From contig NC_134028.1 of NCBI RefSeq assembly GCF_964204645.1, positions 9,858,001-9,922,000 of the forward strand: DNA of 64,000 bases, given 5' to 3'. Positions 1-15,261 of the stretch are shown here, in pieces (the stretch's first letter is position 1; every line of letters starts with the position of its first letter). A program made the translations under genes and the position numbers. The notes beneath the pieces are model-generated. The model saw only the letters and a program-made list of their open reading frames with translations. It did not search any database and was not told where the DNA came from. This DNA comes from Tubulanus polymorphus (taxonomy: Eukaryota; Animalia; Nemertea).

Positions 1-1884
1 ACTGGTGGTAGAATTTTTACGATACATTCGTTTTTACATTTCAGGTAAATCCCAATTCTACAGGAACCATAATTTACATACAAATAAATACTTCATGGGT
101 CAATCACAAACCTTCGAGTTCTGGCGGTACTTTATTGGAACCGGAAGGGTTTATTTCATTTTCGTTTCACGTGCTATTATTGTCTATATCTGTTATACCG
201 CGAATAAACCACTCTCAAAAGAAGACAGTTTTTTTTTGTTTATGTTTAAGATGACTAACGGGTGATAAGATTCAGGTTCGAATCCAGCCGGATCAAAGGA
301 TTATACGTCTTTGTTGTGCCAATTATATATTACTGTAAGACGGTAATCGTTTGATCTAACTTAATCCTCTTAATCTGTCGTTAATCTTTCAACAAGTTTG
401 TGGGCATTTGAACTCACCAGAAAATCTATTGGGTCAAATCATGGACTCTAAAACGAATCCATGGCCAAATGTACAACCTTCATGTCATAAGCACCTCCCC
501 TTCATTCACTCGGTTTTGCCATTGATAATTGTCAAGCTATGCGTGGGGAAAACGTGTCATTTCGAAATTACTAATTTGTCCACTTTCTCAAAAGCAATTA
601 ATTGCAGAACCAGTGCTAATTTTGAATTCAAAATTCCAGGCCGATTAAAAGTGTTATGAATATATAAAACACAAAAAGTGAAATGGCCACACAGACATAG
701 GCCTACAGTACAGGCTAATAACTCCACTTTTCATTGAATACAACAATACAGGATCACTGAGTACACGTAACTATAGCAACCAAAGAAATATCCTACGGAT
801 TGGGTGAACTGGATGACTTAGAACGCTGCGGGTATACCTTACACACGGGTTCAGTTTTTTTGTACTCTGGCGCTCTAAGTGCGAGTAGGCTATAATGATA
901 ACTACACTCGATAGCATTTTCATAATTATCTCTCATTCAATCAATGGTTCGATGCTCCTTTACGATTGAATTGAATAGGCATATTGAACTGATTTTATCA
1001 ATGTAGATGTTCATTTCACCCTAAAGCTAGCTAACTCCTTCTGGTGACACCTATTTCAGTTTTCAATGATCTGCATCATTTTATTGCATTTTTCCGTAGG
1101 TGTAAATCAAGAATGTTCATTTGAATTCAATTCGCGATCAATAATAATGTAACTTATAAGACGAAAATAAAATCCTTATTTCGATATTTCGCGTGGGGTT
1201 AGTTCAAAACCTGGCATGGCATTTGGCATTTTGAAAATGAAATTCTTAGTCAATTTCGCAAACCAATAGTATTTCAAATGAATATACTATAAGTATGGAA
1301 AAATAACTTTAAACAGATGCACCGCAATCACAAGTGGCGCATAAATGATTATTCAAATGATTACTCCAAGGGGTAAGTTTAGAACCTCCAATCTTAATAC
1401 TACTCAAACTAGCAACCGTATTTTCAACCTCCCTGTTCATTTAAACAAGTTCATTGTGTTATTATGTAAATTTTGAAATATGTAAACTTTGTGATGGGTC
1501 CCTCTAATACCTGTAATACGTTTTTGACGCAAAATAGTGCAACTCAAGGTTTTGGATATTTCAGATCTCTCAGCTTCTTCTTTTCGGGGCTAGGTCTTGT
1601 TCCAATAACCAAGCATCGATCGATTCTAACTTTACTTATTTATTCATTTTATTTACACTCAAACCCATTACAGGTATCAGAGGGACAACATAAAATTTAC
1701 AGATGTATAACACGGTATAAAAAATACGCATTCAATAACACAATATACTTGTTTAAATGAAGTAACAGAAATTAACATAGTAACTAATTAGAACTATCCA
1801 TGCATAGAGATATATTTATTCATTTATTTTATTTTTATTAACACTCAAACCCATTTCAGGTATTAGAGGGACAACATATGAATT

Positions 1885-3930
1885 AGGATTTTATTTACAC
1901 TCCAACCATTTCTATGGTACATGGAGGTAGACTTATACAAAGTATACAATATTTACAATTAACAGAAAGTATAAACTTGTTTTGATAAAATATAACAAAG
2001 TTATTAACAATATATACATGCACTATTTACAACATACTGATTATTGGAGGGATCTACATATATCTAAGCCTCTTTTAATGAATTTTGCAAGGTGGATTGT
2101 AGGAATTTTTAGAATATCAAGATTGCCAAAAGAGTTCAGATTCAAAATATTTTCATGGATTTCATTCAGTAGGTTGCAGTTCAAAATAAAATGCACTTCA
2201 TCACCTAAAACATTACAAGCCGAACATAATCTATCATTTCTATCGAACGGAAGATTTGATAATTTATTTACAGGCAAGATATAAGACCCAATTCGAATAA
2301 ACTTATTACTAAATCTCCATCAAGTTCACTAATATATCTTACTAATTCAATATCATATTTGTATTGTCTATAATTAATGTATGTCGGGCTAGCATCTATT
2401 GTGGAAACGGTATTTTGAAGGTGTTGTTCATAAAGAATCTGTTTTATTCGCCTTGAGAAGGTCCTACTGTTCGCCATAAGTTGTTGTGTCCAAATATGAG
2501 ATAAACCGCAATCATCAAAGGATTTCTTAATAAATAATAACCAAGGACTCTTATGTCTATCGTTTAGATACAGATTGTAAGATATTTTGTAAAGGATTGA
2601 GTTTAGTTTAGTTTCTTTTCCCGATACTGTCTTTATCCAAAAAATAATCATTCTACGTTTGACTTCTATACATAAAGGATAACGTCCTAGTTCTGATAAC
2701 ACTTGCAAATTACGAGAATATTTTGTCACTTTCATTAAAATTTTGCATTACAATGAGTGGAGATTCTCTAATAAATCAGATTTTCATAACCCCAAACCTC
2801 GCATCCATACATAGCGATAGGAGCGACACACATATCAAATAGCTTCAACATAACATCTACTGGAAGTTTCAAACGCCGACCTTTTTGAATGATCGAAAAG
2901 ATAGCTCTCATTGCTTTATCTTAAAGGTATTTTTGCTGCTTTAGCAAAGCTACCATTCCAAAAATTTCACTCCAAGTTATACCTAATCCTCAACTACCTC
3001 TAGCTCTTGATCGCCAAACATGAATTTCGAAATCTGTTTTATCATGATTTTACTAATAGCAAAGACTAATATTTTGGTTTTTTCGGCATTCACAGTGAGG
3101 CTGTTAGCAGCGCAATAATCAAATAAAGTATCTAACTGTGATTTCTCATCTTCAACGGGAATAACAGTATCATCCGCATAGAGAATGATAAACAAATTCA
3201 ATAAATTATCAAGCTCCTGATTACGTTTCGAATTCAGACTTTCAATAAATGACAGAGTTGGTTTTCCACGAGTGATAAAAAAAATCCTCGATATCGTTTA
3301 AGAATAAAGAACATAGAATGGGTGAGAGATTTTCGCCCTGTCTTCGACCCCTATCGGCCGCAAAATATTGAGATAAATTAAATTAAATTTCACACATGAT
3401 TTGACTGAATTGTACATGTTCTTAAGTACTCTTTAAATAAGTAAATTTCCATCTATACAATTGGCTAATAATTTCCTTCATAAAGTTACTCTACATACTG
3501 AGTCGAACGCTTTTTTAAAGTCAACAAAAGCTCAGAAAAGTCTTCTATCCTGACAAAGATACAGTTCAACGATCGTTTTCAGTATAAAGATATGGTCAAT
3601 GGTTGAATACTTCGATCTAAAACCAGCTTGGGCCTCACTTATAATATTATTTGCCTCTAGGAAAGTTGACAGTCTATGGTTTAAAATACTCGTAAATAAT
3701 TTACCTAGGCAACTTACTAGGGTGATACCTCTGCAGTTATCAGGGTTACAGGGATCGCCTTTCTTTTTGAAAATATGTTTGATAATGCCTACAGGCCACA
3801 TCTCCGGGACATGGCCAGTTTTAAGTACTAGATTGAATAAATTTTGTAATATATTTACTATGTTCGGATATTGGCTAAACTTCAATAATTAATTCGTAAT
3901 TCCATCAGTGCCTGATGATTTGTTGTTGTT
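1885..3930 (-). mobile_element. Decayed, 5'-truncated non-LTR retrotransposon (RTE/RTEX-like LINE ORF2 remnant plus 3' tail)
   Basis: Four collinear minus-strand ORF fragments broken by stops and frameshifts. 3532-3885 has RT domain motifs (KKGDPCNPDNCRGITLVSCLGKLF, QAGFR..STIDHIF). 2983-3201 has the catalytic YADD. 2268-2735 has ELGRYPL. 2041-2277 has a C-terminal CxxC..GDExH..xC zinc knuckle. An AATAAA-rich tail lies near 1887. Confidence 0.9.
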
Positions 3931-5239
3931 GAGTAGAATTGAATATATGATACCATGACGCCACCTAACGGTGAACTATGGAACCTTCACGCGAATAAGC
4001 TACGTCGTTACAAACTACCCACGTCGCAGAAAAATAGACGTGATGAAAAATAGACACATCGCAAATATACAACGGTGCCGCGATTAGACTACGTCGTAAC
4101 AATGGTCATGTGTATTGCATGAAACGCGTTCCATGGCAAACGACATCTATTGGATACACTCGATAAACACCGCGGCAATAAGTGCGTTTTTGAATCTCGC
4201 CAAGGGTCTTAGAGGAACATGGCAAATGTGTTTTTTCCGACAGATTAATGGGTAACGATGCAACCCGTATATATAGTTTCCTATGAAGATAAGTTTAACC
4301 AAAACTTTTTGAGGCCTACATAGAGGATTTACAAAAATAGTCATCATCATAACATCAGAAGAAAAATTGATATAAACTTGAACAATATATACAGACATTG
4401 CGGGTAACCATTAAAAGGATAATTAAATGCTTAACGTTTTTGAAAACCAGCATGAATGAATTGATTTAGCGGCTATTGAATTGTGCGCCACCTGCATTCG
4501 CAATCAGAACTCTAACTACAGGAAGAGACCGGCAACCAGTCTATCATTTTTGTAGGGGCAGCCGTGTTCCCCAAAGAAAATTTTGAAAAAATCAGGTGCC
4601 TCAGATGCGTTTTCTAAGCATCTTCTTTTCTTTAGGTTCGAATTCCAAAGGAAGTGCATATAGAGTGACCTCACAAAATAAGTGGACCTTCATTTCAAGA
4701 GGGGTCGGTCGCTACCCCCTCATCTACCGTATTAATTATCCATACCGAGAGATTAAATGCCGCCATAACAAAACGGCGCGGGTTACGTTTGCAGGATATA
4801 CACCGTTTGGTTTGAATTACAAAACTTCGACATTGCACTAGAGTGCCTAGAAATTTCAGGCGCGGATTCAGATCCGTCGAGAAAATTTCGTAACCTTTTT
4901 CATTTTTACACATGGTCGTCCCTATCAGTTCCAAAAATAGAAAAGGGCAAATTTTCACAAGACATTGCAGAAAATTCTGAACAAAAAGGGCACATTTGCT
5001 CGTCCGATAAGCACATTTTTCAAGACGAGGTCAATAATTTTTCAACAAAAAGGCATACCATTCTTCAGGATTTCATCGTTTAGCCTGGAAACTACATCTC
5101 AATGCATTAAATGTTGTAGAAACCATTTTAAATTGCACCAAAAAGCAGTTAATTATGAAGATTTCCTGTATGACCCTCGTTTGTCGTGGAACATCTCCTT
5201 TTTATAAGTTGTTCTACCCTCAAGTGTTCCCTGGAAATA

Positions 5240-5420
5240 CAGTCAAACCCCGATATACTGCGCAGATCTGTGCAGAACGATTTTGGCGGCATAGAGAGTA
5301 TGACGGAATATCGGTATTTCAATTTGTATTTGTATTACCGGTAATTGTGATGTACATCGAGAAAACCTGGCGGTAAATGGGGTGGTGGTAAATTGGAGGG
5401 CGGTATGTCGGGGGTGACTG
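5240..5420. mobile_element. Tc1/mariner(pogo)-type MITE
   Basis: ta-CAGTCAAACCCCGATATAC ... GTATGTCGGGGGTGACTG-ta: imperfect TIRs with TA flanks. A related copy lies in the opposite orientation at ~44940-45118. Confidence 0.7.
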
Positions 5421-8354
5421 TAGTATAGACACACTGGAATTTCTAGATATTCCAGTCCCGTTTTGGGTTGGCATTCTGCCTGGAAACTTGCCCTTTAACT
5501 GTATGCTCTTTTTCAATAATTTGTGCTGCTGTCAAAGTCTGCTCCTGGGTCCCCGAATAAATCAGACGTGCTGACGGATTTGAACTTCATCGCAAAGGCA
5601 AACGTACGACTCCTTAGGATAGAAAATCCTAATGGTCTATGGCCCAATCAAGCATACTGCTTGAATTGATCCCGCGCCTTACAATGAATACCTTTGAATA
5701 AATAAATAAACTTCAAAACCACCAAATAAATTACGATGCAAATGATTAATTCTTATAACAAGTTTTTATTCTGAACAGGTTCTATATACAGCATCAACCG
5801 AAGTTAACAACGTAGCCATAAGAGGGTTACACTTAAAAATTACTATAAAGTAAACTTTAACAATGTCACTTTACCTATTCTAGCCAGTTCGATATACATG
5901 TAGATAGAAACACAGTGCGAACAATCAATCATATTACATGATTACACGCATCTTTATATATTGAATATCAAACTCAAATAATATGTAACTCAAATCATAG
6001 ACATACTGGTACATCACATTGAACTTAATGTATTTTGATTATCGCAGGTATAAAGAGCATAATGCTCCATATTTCATTAAATTGTCATCAACATTGATTT
6101 CTAGTTACAGTTTCGGGTAATCACGAAATGTACTGATAATGAAAGCTTTTTTGCTTAACCCTATAACAATGTATCACATAATAACAGCAGCCCAACTCTA
6201 TAATTTTAATGGACATTGAGATGACACATTGTGATGACAGGCGGATCTAGGAACTTTTAATAAGCAGGCCAAAAAAATTCAGATCAAGGCCTAGTTGTAC
6301 ACATACTTGGTACATGACTGAGAGCGCCATGAAGCCCAAGAAAATTTTGAAAATGGGGCCTGGGCCACTTTGGTTTCCCTAGGATGTGCCCCTGAATTTT
6401 AGGGCGAGTGAGTGACAATAACGTGAAGCCACAATCAGGGGTTTGGGGGACCCACAAGAAAATTTGAATTCAATTGACTGTCTGCAATCTGAATGTCCGA
6501 TGCTGTCTGAAAGGGTTCCTACTGCTTCATATACCAATGACACAAATTCAAGATAAAATCCCAAATTTTATCTAGGCTAAAGAAAATGATACCAAATTTT
6601 TGTTTGCAGTGGCTGGCAAAAAACCATGCTGAAAATTTGTAAAAATATAATCCAAACTGCCCGGTCCCTCGAAAAGCAGGTGTGAAATTTAAATCCAGCC
6701 TGACGGGTATAAATGAAACTAAATTTGAGCTCATATCTATCATGCATTGTACATGTACATAAATCGGGAGGGAATTCAACGCAGCGATACGCGCACTAAA
6801 TCAATTCAATGAATCCTCATTAAAGAAGAGACTGGCGGTGACACTGGCCCTGACGAAGGTTCAAAGTCAAAATTGGTTTTCCATAATGTATATCATTTTA
6901 GGAAAAATTGGTTTACCCCACCTATAATTAGGACATCCGTTCTAAGGGTTAGGGCCCCAAAAGGAGTTAAGTGTTTGGTTGTTCTTTTGAGTAATTCGAA
7001 CCATTGTACCTAGTACCCTCAGTGTATATCAACGGGAACGCCAACTCCCTACGTGCATTCGCTTCTAGTTCTATGATATCTGGTACCAACAATACAGTAG
7101 GCCTAATGTCACATGACAACATTAATATGCAGGTCATAGCTCTTGCCATATTTGGCAATTTCAATCAAGATTTATTTTTTCCATTAATTCAAAAAAAAAA
7201 CTAAATCCGGCCTGTTTGGTGCAGAATTTCCAGAAATCTACTTCTTTTCAAGCTAACAAAAACCTGGGTAGAGAAAAGTCTACAAACAAGATATCATTTT
7301 TCTCCTTTTCTACAATCATAAAACACAAACAGCGTGTAGAAGATGATGAATTAAATCAAAAGTTATTTTGAACTAGGGTTCCAGGGACACCATGCACACT
7401 TGGGAAGTGGTTGAAATGCTCAACAAGCTTCTTCTATGACATCACCAACGCCGCTGCGTCACGATGTGATGTACAAGGGACCTCCAATTAATGCGGTCTA
7501 CAGTAAGTTCCTCCAGGAAAGTTAAGGTTTTGCTTGGCGTTAATATAAAATCAATTTCTATATCCACAAGGGCTAGGTCTTCCCGGATTATCGTCAACCA
7601 GGTGGACGGACTGTGGTCGGCCTTGAAGTTTCAAGCAAAAAGCTCAATATTCAATGTCCCCTGGTGAACACGTAAACAAACCGGTGACCATGAAACTCAG
7701 CACAATCACACTCACTACGAGTCAATTTTGCAATTAATGTGGTAACAAAACATGCCTTGAATTAATTTCTTTTTTGATGCACGCGTAGAAACGACTCGAG
7801 AATGTATTCTGTTGGCGATTTCATCGAAAAAAGTAGGAAATTTGTCATGATCAAGCATGTCAAGCCATATCCTTTTATTTCAAGCCAAAAAAAATCATTT
7901 TAGGCTTTCTATTTTCAAGCTGTTTTCAAGCGCTTGAATAGCTTTTTTCAAATTGAGCCATTTCAAGCTTTTCAAGCATTGTGACGAACCCTGAGTTTAA
8001 ACCTACCAGGGGCAGATCCAGGGACCAATTTTGACTGCCTCGCCAAAAAGAGAAAGGGTCCCCTTTTCAAAAAGCTTTCCAGAAAATACGTAATGCGTAT
8101 GATTGAATATTCGAAACGGAATTCAGGACCCCAAGGAAACAATTGTTCGAGGCACATCCTCAGGAAATTTTGCCTGATAAGATATTTGAAAAGTTTTCAA
8201 ATTCATTTTGATTCTTTCTCTCTTTCCAAGAAGGGCATTTTGGATGTTTTAGAGTGCCTCACGCGAGGCATGTGAGGTACCCTAAATCTGACACTGCCTA
8301 TCGATTGTCTCCTCAAAACAACTTTTTCTATCAACATATGAGGACTGATGACAC

Positions 8355-8827
8355 TAAAGCCTAGCCTACATCGACCCTTGCGATTGGAGACAACTAGTTG
8401 CCGGGCAGTTTTCAGCGCATGAGAGTAACTGGCTGGATACAATCAGTTGTTTGAATTTGTCAATGTGAGCGAGCTTACGACTGGTTAGCGTCTATCTATC
8501 TCCAGTTCCAGCCAGTTGCCCATATTCTACTTTTGAGCAACTAGTTGTACTCAGTTGCTGTCATATCCGTCGATGTGGGCGCTCCATAATCAAAAACGCA
8601 AGGTTGCAACTGACTAAAACAAAGCAATTTGTCACGTGATTAGAGATGCCCTGAGAATATTTGCTAGATTACACATCTCAGTTGCTGTCGATGTGTGCGC
8701 TATGGACCTAGAGACCGGCATGAGCCACGAAGTTGCTGGTTTTCATTAGATTTTCGATGTTAGCGGGGTACTCGCTCACTAGCAACTAGTTGTCTCCAGT
8801 CGCTTTGTCGGTGTATGCTTAGCTTAA
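8355..8827. mobile_element. MITE (PIF/Harbinger-like), copy 1, nested in a CAGGGGC(A/G)GATCC-type MITE (~8007-9193)
   Basis: Imperfect TIRs AGCCTAGCCTACATCGAC / GTCGGTGTATGCTTAGCT with TAA-like flanks. The body is a diverged reverse complement of 11262-11730. Confidence 0.65.
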
Positions 8828-9439
8828 GATCACCACCGATTGCGGGACATTTGACTGAGGGATCATTCATACACATACAATTTGCATCTTGCAAACCCTC
8901 CTCCCTCTCTGTAGGGCAAAAATAGCCATTTTTTCATATACACTCGGCATTACAGTACGCAAAATATGCACTTGCAAACTTCCCTCGGAAATTTGTGTAA
9001 AAAGTGCTGATTTTGACTAACAAAAAATGGCCACCTCTGCCAAATATCGAGAAATTCCATTGACTGCAGTAGCCCGCTAAGACTTAAGTCCCAAATAGGC
9101 TAAAAGCTGCTTCTTTGATTTTTGAAGGGCAATTAGAAAAGTTTGACTGGCTTCCAGAAGACATGGAAGGTAGGTAAGCTGGATCCGCGCCTGAACTTTG
9201 CCTCACCTCAACTGCAGACCTCCTTCCCAAAATATTTACAAACCTGATATATAGGTCTATGAACACTGACTCAAATGCTATTCATTTATAAGTATCTAAC
9301 TTGATGTAACTTTCTTTACATAATTTACAATTGTCATTATATTTTCCTCAAGACGTACCAATATATTATTAAATCGTAAGCACTCAACCACAAAGCTTGT
9401 TATTATCCGCTTGCGATACATAAGGGTTTACGTATAGTT

Positions 9440-9842
9440 TCACACACTCTTTCTACTGTTACTTATGAAAACTTGCCTTGACGGTTTTGGAGGGATTACT
9501 AACCTACGAGAAAAAAATGTAGATGGCTCTGTAGACTTAGGTTTCCGTTCATCTGGGACGATGATCTCAGATGACCTATTCACATCGGATGGCTTATTGA
9601 CCTCCAACGTGCTGACTTGATTAATGTCTATTTGTTCAGATGAACTACATTCAATAATCCGTTTCGTTTCGATGGTTTCTACAATCATTGATTGTACAGA
9701 GAGTTTGTCCATTTTTACAACTTTAGAAGGAATTTTGTTTGGACTCGGACTGCGTTTACGTTTAATCACCAATCTATCTTGCACGGATGATACAGGTTCA
9801 CATGGTAATTCTGGCTCTAATCTAGGAGCATCTGGTAAGACT
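9440..9842 (-). CDS. ALKBH5: RNA demethylase ALKBH5, coding exon 3 (last)
   Basis: Acceptor tctttcag|A at 9843/9842, in phase with exon 2. Reads (R)VLPDAPRLEPE..., matching the ALKBH5 DAPRLE motif, then a low-complexity KRKRSPSP tail to TGA at 9440. Joined CDS is 387 aa. Confidence 0.85.
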
Positions 9843-10741
9843 CTGAAAGATATTTATCAATAATACATTATTTATTGATCTAATTGTCATAAACAAGTGA
9901 TTGATCAATTCAAACCCTTTCGGTGGAGGGAAAAACCTTTATTTCATTTGTTCGCCAAGTGCAAGAGCGACAAAAAGTCATTTTATAAATTCCACAATGC
10001 ACGCTGCCTATCATAAAAACTCACAGTAGTAATACCAGTATGTCCGTTGCGCTATGCAAGAATATGCTAATGACAGTCGAGTCTTGACATTAACAATTCA
10101 GTGGCAGTTGATTGGTAATAAATTTTGAAGGTCAATGGGACGAGGTCAAATTATCATGGGGAACAATAGTTAGTACGGAAGACCTGGAAGGTCATTTTCA
10201 TTCGTTGATCATAACTAATCAGTGATCAAGCGTTAGTGCACTTTCATACGCTTCGAACTTTATTTCCCCATGTATTCAGGGAATCAAAAACAATAACTTC
10301 TGCGGCCAGTCAGCCATCACGATCGGGTCAGTTTTTGGGCAGCGGATGTGTCTAGGGTAGATACACGCATATAAACTAGATAAAAAGACAGTCTTTACAT
10401 AGAAGCCTCTTCAAAACTGCCCAAAATAACTGGATTCTGTCTACGGACAGATGAACGGATGAACAGAGAGATGGGCGAAAAGTGAACGGAACTGGGACTA
10501 AGTCCGAAATGGGCTAAAGATAATCAAATTTTTGAAAATGTGATTTGTGATGGGCTAATTATGCCATAATTGGTTAAGGCCTGCAAGTGCACACAGGCTT
10601 ATCAGACAGGTTTTCGTGCTTTGGTAGTCTGTCCTGAATTACATATTGCTGGTGAATTATTAAATTTCTCCATTATCAAAGCCTATATTCAAGTGCCACT
10701 GCCTTAAAGTCACATTTTTCATTGATGTAGATATAGGCCTA

Positions 10742-10912
10742 CAGTGGAACCTTGTTATAATGATCTCGGATACAATGATTCATTGGATATAACAAATATA
10801 GAATTTTATCCCAAGTCCGAAAATTTAATAAATTTCATACATGATAACAACCTATCGGCAACTACGAATATATTTTCTGGTCCCATGAAGTTTGTTGTAA
10901 CGAGGTTCCAAT
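10742..10912. mobile_element. pogo/Tigger-type MITE
   Basis: ta-CAGTGGAACCTTGTTATAA ... TTGTAACGAGGTTCCAATG-ta. Confidence 0.7.
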
Positions 10913-11261
10913 GTACCTACTGCCAGTGTTTTCTGGCTGGAAAAACTGTCATTTTTTGTCATCAGTTTGCAAATAATCTATTTCTTGTTTGGTTATAAAA
11001 CTTGGCCTGTACACAGAAGAATAGTTTCTCATAGTAGAGATAGTAATTCTATTTGGGTCTGATTTCACCCGAATTTAGTTACTCAAATTTCTGAAGTTGG
11101 CAGCAGATGGCAAATCGGCCTAATGTGTTGCTGCGTGGTTGTTACTGTGCTGTGTTGGGGTTTCACTCTGACCCAGTAATTATAAAAACTAGCAGGGATT
11201 TTTAGCTGCAAACTTTTTGATTCATGTATCATTTCATGCAGTATGTGATCTCCCGTGCTCT

Positions 11262-11730
11262 TTAGCTTAGCGTACATCGACAAAGTGACTGGAGACAACT
11301 AGTTGCTAGTGAGCGAGTACCCCGCGCACATTGAAAATCTAGTAAAAACCAGCAACTGCGTGGCTCATGCCAGTCACTAGGTCCATAGCGTGTACATCGA
11401 CAGCAACTGAGATGTGTTATCTAGCAAATATTCTAGAGGGCATCTGAAGTCACATGACAAATTGCTTTGTTTTAGTCAGTTGTGCCATGTGTTGTTGATT
11501 ATGAGCACTCACATCAACGGATATGACAGCAACTGAGTACAACTAGTTGCTCAAAAGTAGAACATGGGCAAATGGCTGGAACTGGAGATAGATGGACGCT
11601 AACCAGTCGTAAGCTCACTCACATTGAGAAATTCGAGAAACTGATTGTACCCAGCCAGTTTCTCTCATGCGCTGAAAACTGCCAGGCAACTAGTTGTCTC
11701 CAATCGCAGCGTCAATGTACGCTAGGCTTT
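11262..11730. mobile_element. MITE (PIF/Harbinger-like), copy 2, inverted relative to 8355-8827
   Basis: Reverse-complement similarity along the whole length (shared CAACTAGTTG motifs and the GCTCGCTCACATTGA block, among others). Confidence 0.65.
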
Positions 11731-11819
11731 GGAGACTTGGATTTTACCTGTGCCCATGGAGCCAAAAGAAGAAATTATACATCAAAAAAAGGTAATTTCT
11801 GAAACCATAAGAGATTCTA

Positions 11820-12383
11820 CAGTCAACCCTGCATAAGTCGTAGCCCTCGGGACTGACAATTTTTCTACGACTTACCTGATGTACGAGTTATGTGTAAGTC
11901 GTATTTTTATGAGTTATTTATAAGTCATGGTTTTATACAAATTACCCGTGAAATTACCAGCGAATTACCCGTGAAAATACGATATATACGATGCTCAGAT
12001 TCCAGCATGGCTTGTCATGTTCCCGGTCGTAACCTGAGCTGGCAGTGCAGATCCTATATCGCTGAAATCTCCCCTCAATCTATCAATTAAAGCTACCACG
12101 TGCACTACGTAGACAACATCACAAGAAAGTTACATGTAACTGTCTAAATACTTACACAGACAATATCGTAGCGTATTTCTATCTGCGAGGTATTTTGAAT
12201 GGAATCAGATGATTTGGCTTCTAAAATTGATACGACTTACGTGAAATACGACTTATGAAGTAGGCCAACGAGTTATACGCATAATTTGATAAGGTTTAAA
12301 GAAGAAAATAATCGGGACCAAAATAATTATACGAGACATGTGATGATACGACTAATTCGATGACGACTTATGCGGGTTGACTG
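11820..12383. mobile_element. Tc1/mariner(pogo)-type MITE
   Basis: TIRs CAGTCAACCCTGCATAAGTCG / CGACTTATGCGGGTTGACTG with TA TSD. A second copy at ~31190-31960 is interrupted by a HINE-like insert. Confidence 0.8.
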
Positions 12384-12946
12384 TATCACAATAACAGAAT
12401 ACTTTTTCATGGACTGAAAACAAGTGGTAACCAGTAGCAAACCAGGCACTTCAAGTAGGCCTACTGGGTGAACTAATTTCTAAACAAACATCTATTGTGA
12501 CATCTAAGATCCAAGAAGAGGGACGTGTCGAGAAAGGCTAAAGATATTCTTCCAGGCTTCTGGGAAGAAACATTGCTCAAAGTTTACTAGGGAAGGTTTT
12601 TTTAGGCCGATATTTAAGCAGCCAATCAAATCCTGACTCTCTTTGGAATCCACCTAAACTCAGCCTTGCATTTTCTGCTTAGCTCTTCTGAAGTCTTAAT
12701 TTTCCAACCCTTTTTTTTCTGCGAGTGTTTCTTGGAAGTATGGTTGAAAGTACCTACTATAGTTGACCTTGCTTAAGTTGGGACACTCTTTATTTTGATC
12801 CAAGTGACAAATCAGAATTGAATTGAATTGGCTCTCAAAAATACCTAGGCGATATAGGCCCAATTGATCTGATGAGTCATCTTGATGATGAAATTATGCA
12901 AGGTTGACTGTATGAGTTGATGAAATGCCCAGCAGCAATAATTTTA

Positions 12947-13118
12947 CAGTAAAACCCACTTAATTTGGATCATTTAGGACTAACAATATTCATTCGGTTT
13001 ATGAAAAATCGGATTAAAATTAATTTTTCTGTAGGGCCTATAGGCCTATTGATGAACAAATACACTGCAAATATTGTCTGTGGATCAGACCGAAATCCGA
13101 ATTAAGCGGGTTTGACTG
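12947..13118. mobile_element. pogo-type MITE
   Basis: ta-CAGTAAAACCCACTTAATT ... AATTAAGCGGGTTTGACTG-ta. Confidence 0.65.
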
Positions 13119-13285
13119 TATGGTTCGAAAACCAAGTGCAGACCGGAGTTTGTCGGCGGTTCTGTTATGGACAGTCTATCACGCGACTGATTTTCAAGGA
13201 AACTCACATTTCCCTAAAATAATAATACTGAACTAGGACTTAAAATTGAATTAAAAAGGGGAGTTGGCCAGGAGAATACTGTCTA

Positions 13286-13417
<132 letters not shown>

Positions 13418-13867
13418 CTATGATCCAACTTGTGAGCGGGCTTTAAGATAGCATTACGCATTAGAGATAGGAATCGTCCTATGCTTTTCGGTGTATAGTT
13501 AGACAAGGGGTGTGCCTTGCTGTGGTACATCAGACACTAAGGTTCTTGAAGTGATAACAAAATCGCGGCTAAATTTTTTAGCGTCCGATTATTTCACAAC
13601 AGCGGTGCACTCATCACCCAAATTGTCGCCTAGTGTCAGCTACACAAGGCCATCAAATTGGTGAGAAAATCGCCGGCGCCTAAGTACGGCGATTGAGTCG
13701 TCCAACTGAATCGCCCAGTGTGTCTGAGGCTTACGGCCTAACCTGAATAATAATTATTTCATTGTTATTTCTATCAGTATCTTATTAGGCCTAGAGGGCG
13801 ACAATATGGCATTTACTCAGAGGAATGCCGCGTAGGCTGAATATCCACTTTCTATCTAAAAACACTA

Positions 13868-14551
<684 letters not shown>

Positions 14552-14782
14552 TTAAAGTCATGCTATTTACCGATAGTCGTTGCATCAAACCACAACCAGC
14601 CTTACTAACGAGTAGGCACTATGATGGCCAACCTTGCTTAATCGGTATCAGTTTTTCAAAACTCGTTTTTCGTTAGGACTACACTTGAGTGGAACTAGTC
14701 AGTAACATGTCTGTGGTTTAGTTTCACGATCGGATATTTTCACAACCACAAGCCCATGGCCATCCGATAATAAAAAGCTTAC

Positions 14783-15261
14783 CACGGCGCCGATCCAGGG
14801 CCATAACAGTCGTGACGCACAGTGAAAAAAGGGCACCAACTTTGAAAAGGGCCAGTATTAATGCCCAGCGAGCGAGTTTGAGTGACATTCATTGGTATCA
14901 TGCCACTAAATTTGTCTTCACATTCAATTCGCTTTAAATAAATGCCTTTTTCAGATTTTTGGTCAAAATTTGCCCTTTTTCGCTTAAATTTATAGAGCGT
15001 CAATAATTTCTTTTTTAGAATAGTGCCCTTTTGAGTAAAAAATGCCTTAGATTGCCTTTTATGATTTTGGGCAATTTATTACATTCACATTTTGCTTTAG
15101 GCCTAGTACAGAAAGGCAATTATTTTTTTTAATGACGCACAAATTGTGCAAATTGTGTGCCCTTTTATTTACTTTTTTCCCGAAACATAAATTTTTTAAG
15201 GGCATTTGAAAACTGCGACTACCGCATGTGCTGCATGTGCGATAGTCTGGATCCGCGCCTG
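14783..15261. mobile_element. MITE of the CAGG(G)CG(G)ATCCAG family directly upstream of ALKBH5
   Basis: Termini CACGGCGCCGATCCAG / CTGGATCCGCGCCTG. Relatives at ~4857, ~6238, ~8007-9193 and 46730-46971. Confidence 0.55.

Noticed and set aside
5-1400. Short ORFs at the window start and similar 60-100-aa ORFs throughout introns and repeats
   Set aside because: No recognisable domains or consistent splice structure; many use non-ATG starts or lie in repeats.
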